64,000 bases of DNA. Source: Pseudovirgaria hyperparasitica. Its lineage: Eukaryota. The translations under genes were made by a program, and so were the position numbers. Numbering within the stretch: position 1 is the first letter of the stretch; every line of letters starts with the position of its first letter. The notes under the pieces were generated by a model, which saw nothing but the letters and a program-made list of their open reading frames with translations, was not told where the DNA came from and did not search any database. The stretch lies in the NCBI GenBank assembly GCA_010093815.1, contig ML996570.1. One strand, 5' to 3'. Shown piece by piece: positions 63,709-64,000 of the stretch.

Positions 63709-64000
63709 CTAAATCAACAAACAATCCCACCCCTTCCTCCGCATAACATCCCTCCAATGCACACTCCCCCCACCAACACCACCAACCCCACAATCCGCAT
63801 CCGCCTCCGCCCAAACCTCCGCCAACAAAATCCCCACCCGACCAAAACTTCCCTCGGCGCCCCCAACAACCCCCTCCTCACCCATGCGCGCCGCCCTCGC
63901 CGCAAACATGCCGCGAAACGCACTATCCGGCAGCGCCACCGAGCCAGCCACAAGCAGCGGCCAGGCAAGACACTTGTCGAAGGCGACGGGGATGAAAGCC
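63709..64000 (-). CDS. 3' end (partial) of a Pro1/NosA/RosA/ADV-1-like Zn2Cys6 transcription factor
   Basis: FDKCLAWPLLVAGS..SAFR..F..R..GSFGR..LLAEVW..VHWRDVM..KGWDCLLI* resembles the Pro1-family C-terminus. The frame stays open to the window edge. Confidence 0.7.
   Translation of the reverse strand, partial: AFIPVAFDKCLAWPLLVAGSVALPDSAFRGMFAARAARMGEEGVVGGAEGSFGRVGILLAEVWAEADADCGVGGVGGGSVHWRDVMRRKGWDCLLI

Overview
Intron-containing fungal genomic DNA, most likely a filamentous ascomycete (Pezizomycotina, inferred from intron signals, RIP-like tracts and gene content). About 22 genes were reconstructed by hand. Conserved genes: G1 glutamic peptidase, M20 peptidase, mannitol dehydrogenase-type SDR, Mae1-type malate transporter, BIG1/Ac45-like protein, FAP1/NF-X1, SERCA Ca2+-ATPase, DHA1 MFS transporter, hybrid histidine kinase, PRP28, and the 3' end of a Pro1/NosA-like factor. 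Three parts stand out. (1) A three-gene cluster at 13.8-17.2 kb: a metallophosphoesterase divergent from two tandem nucleotidyltransferase-fold genes, one carrying the AbiEii/MenT toxin motifs. (2) An intact but divergent Sar1 paralogue with Leu in place of the catalytic His (as in the GTP-locked H77L mutant) that needs a 2-nt microexon. (3) An accessory-looking island at ~45-58 kb with repeat arrays, a putative solo LTR, a frameshifted P450, an atypical kinase/zinc-ribbon pair, orphans and a PL20 lyase. All family calls come from motif recognition; no searches were run.
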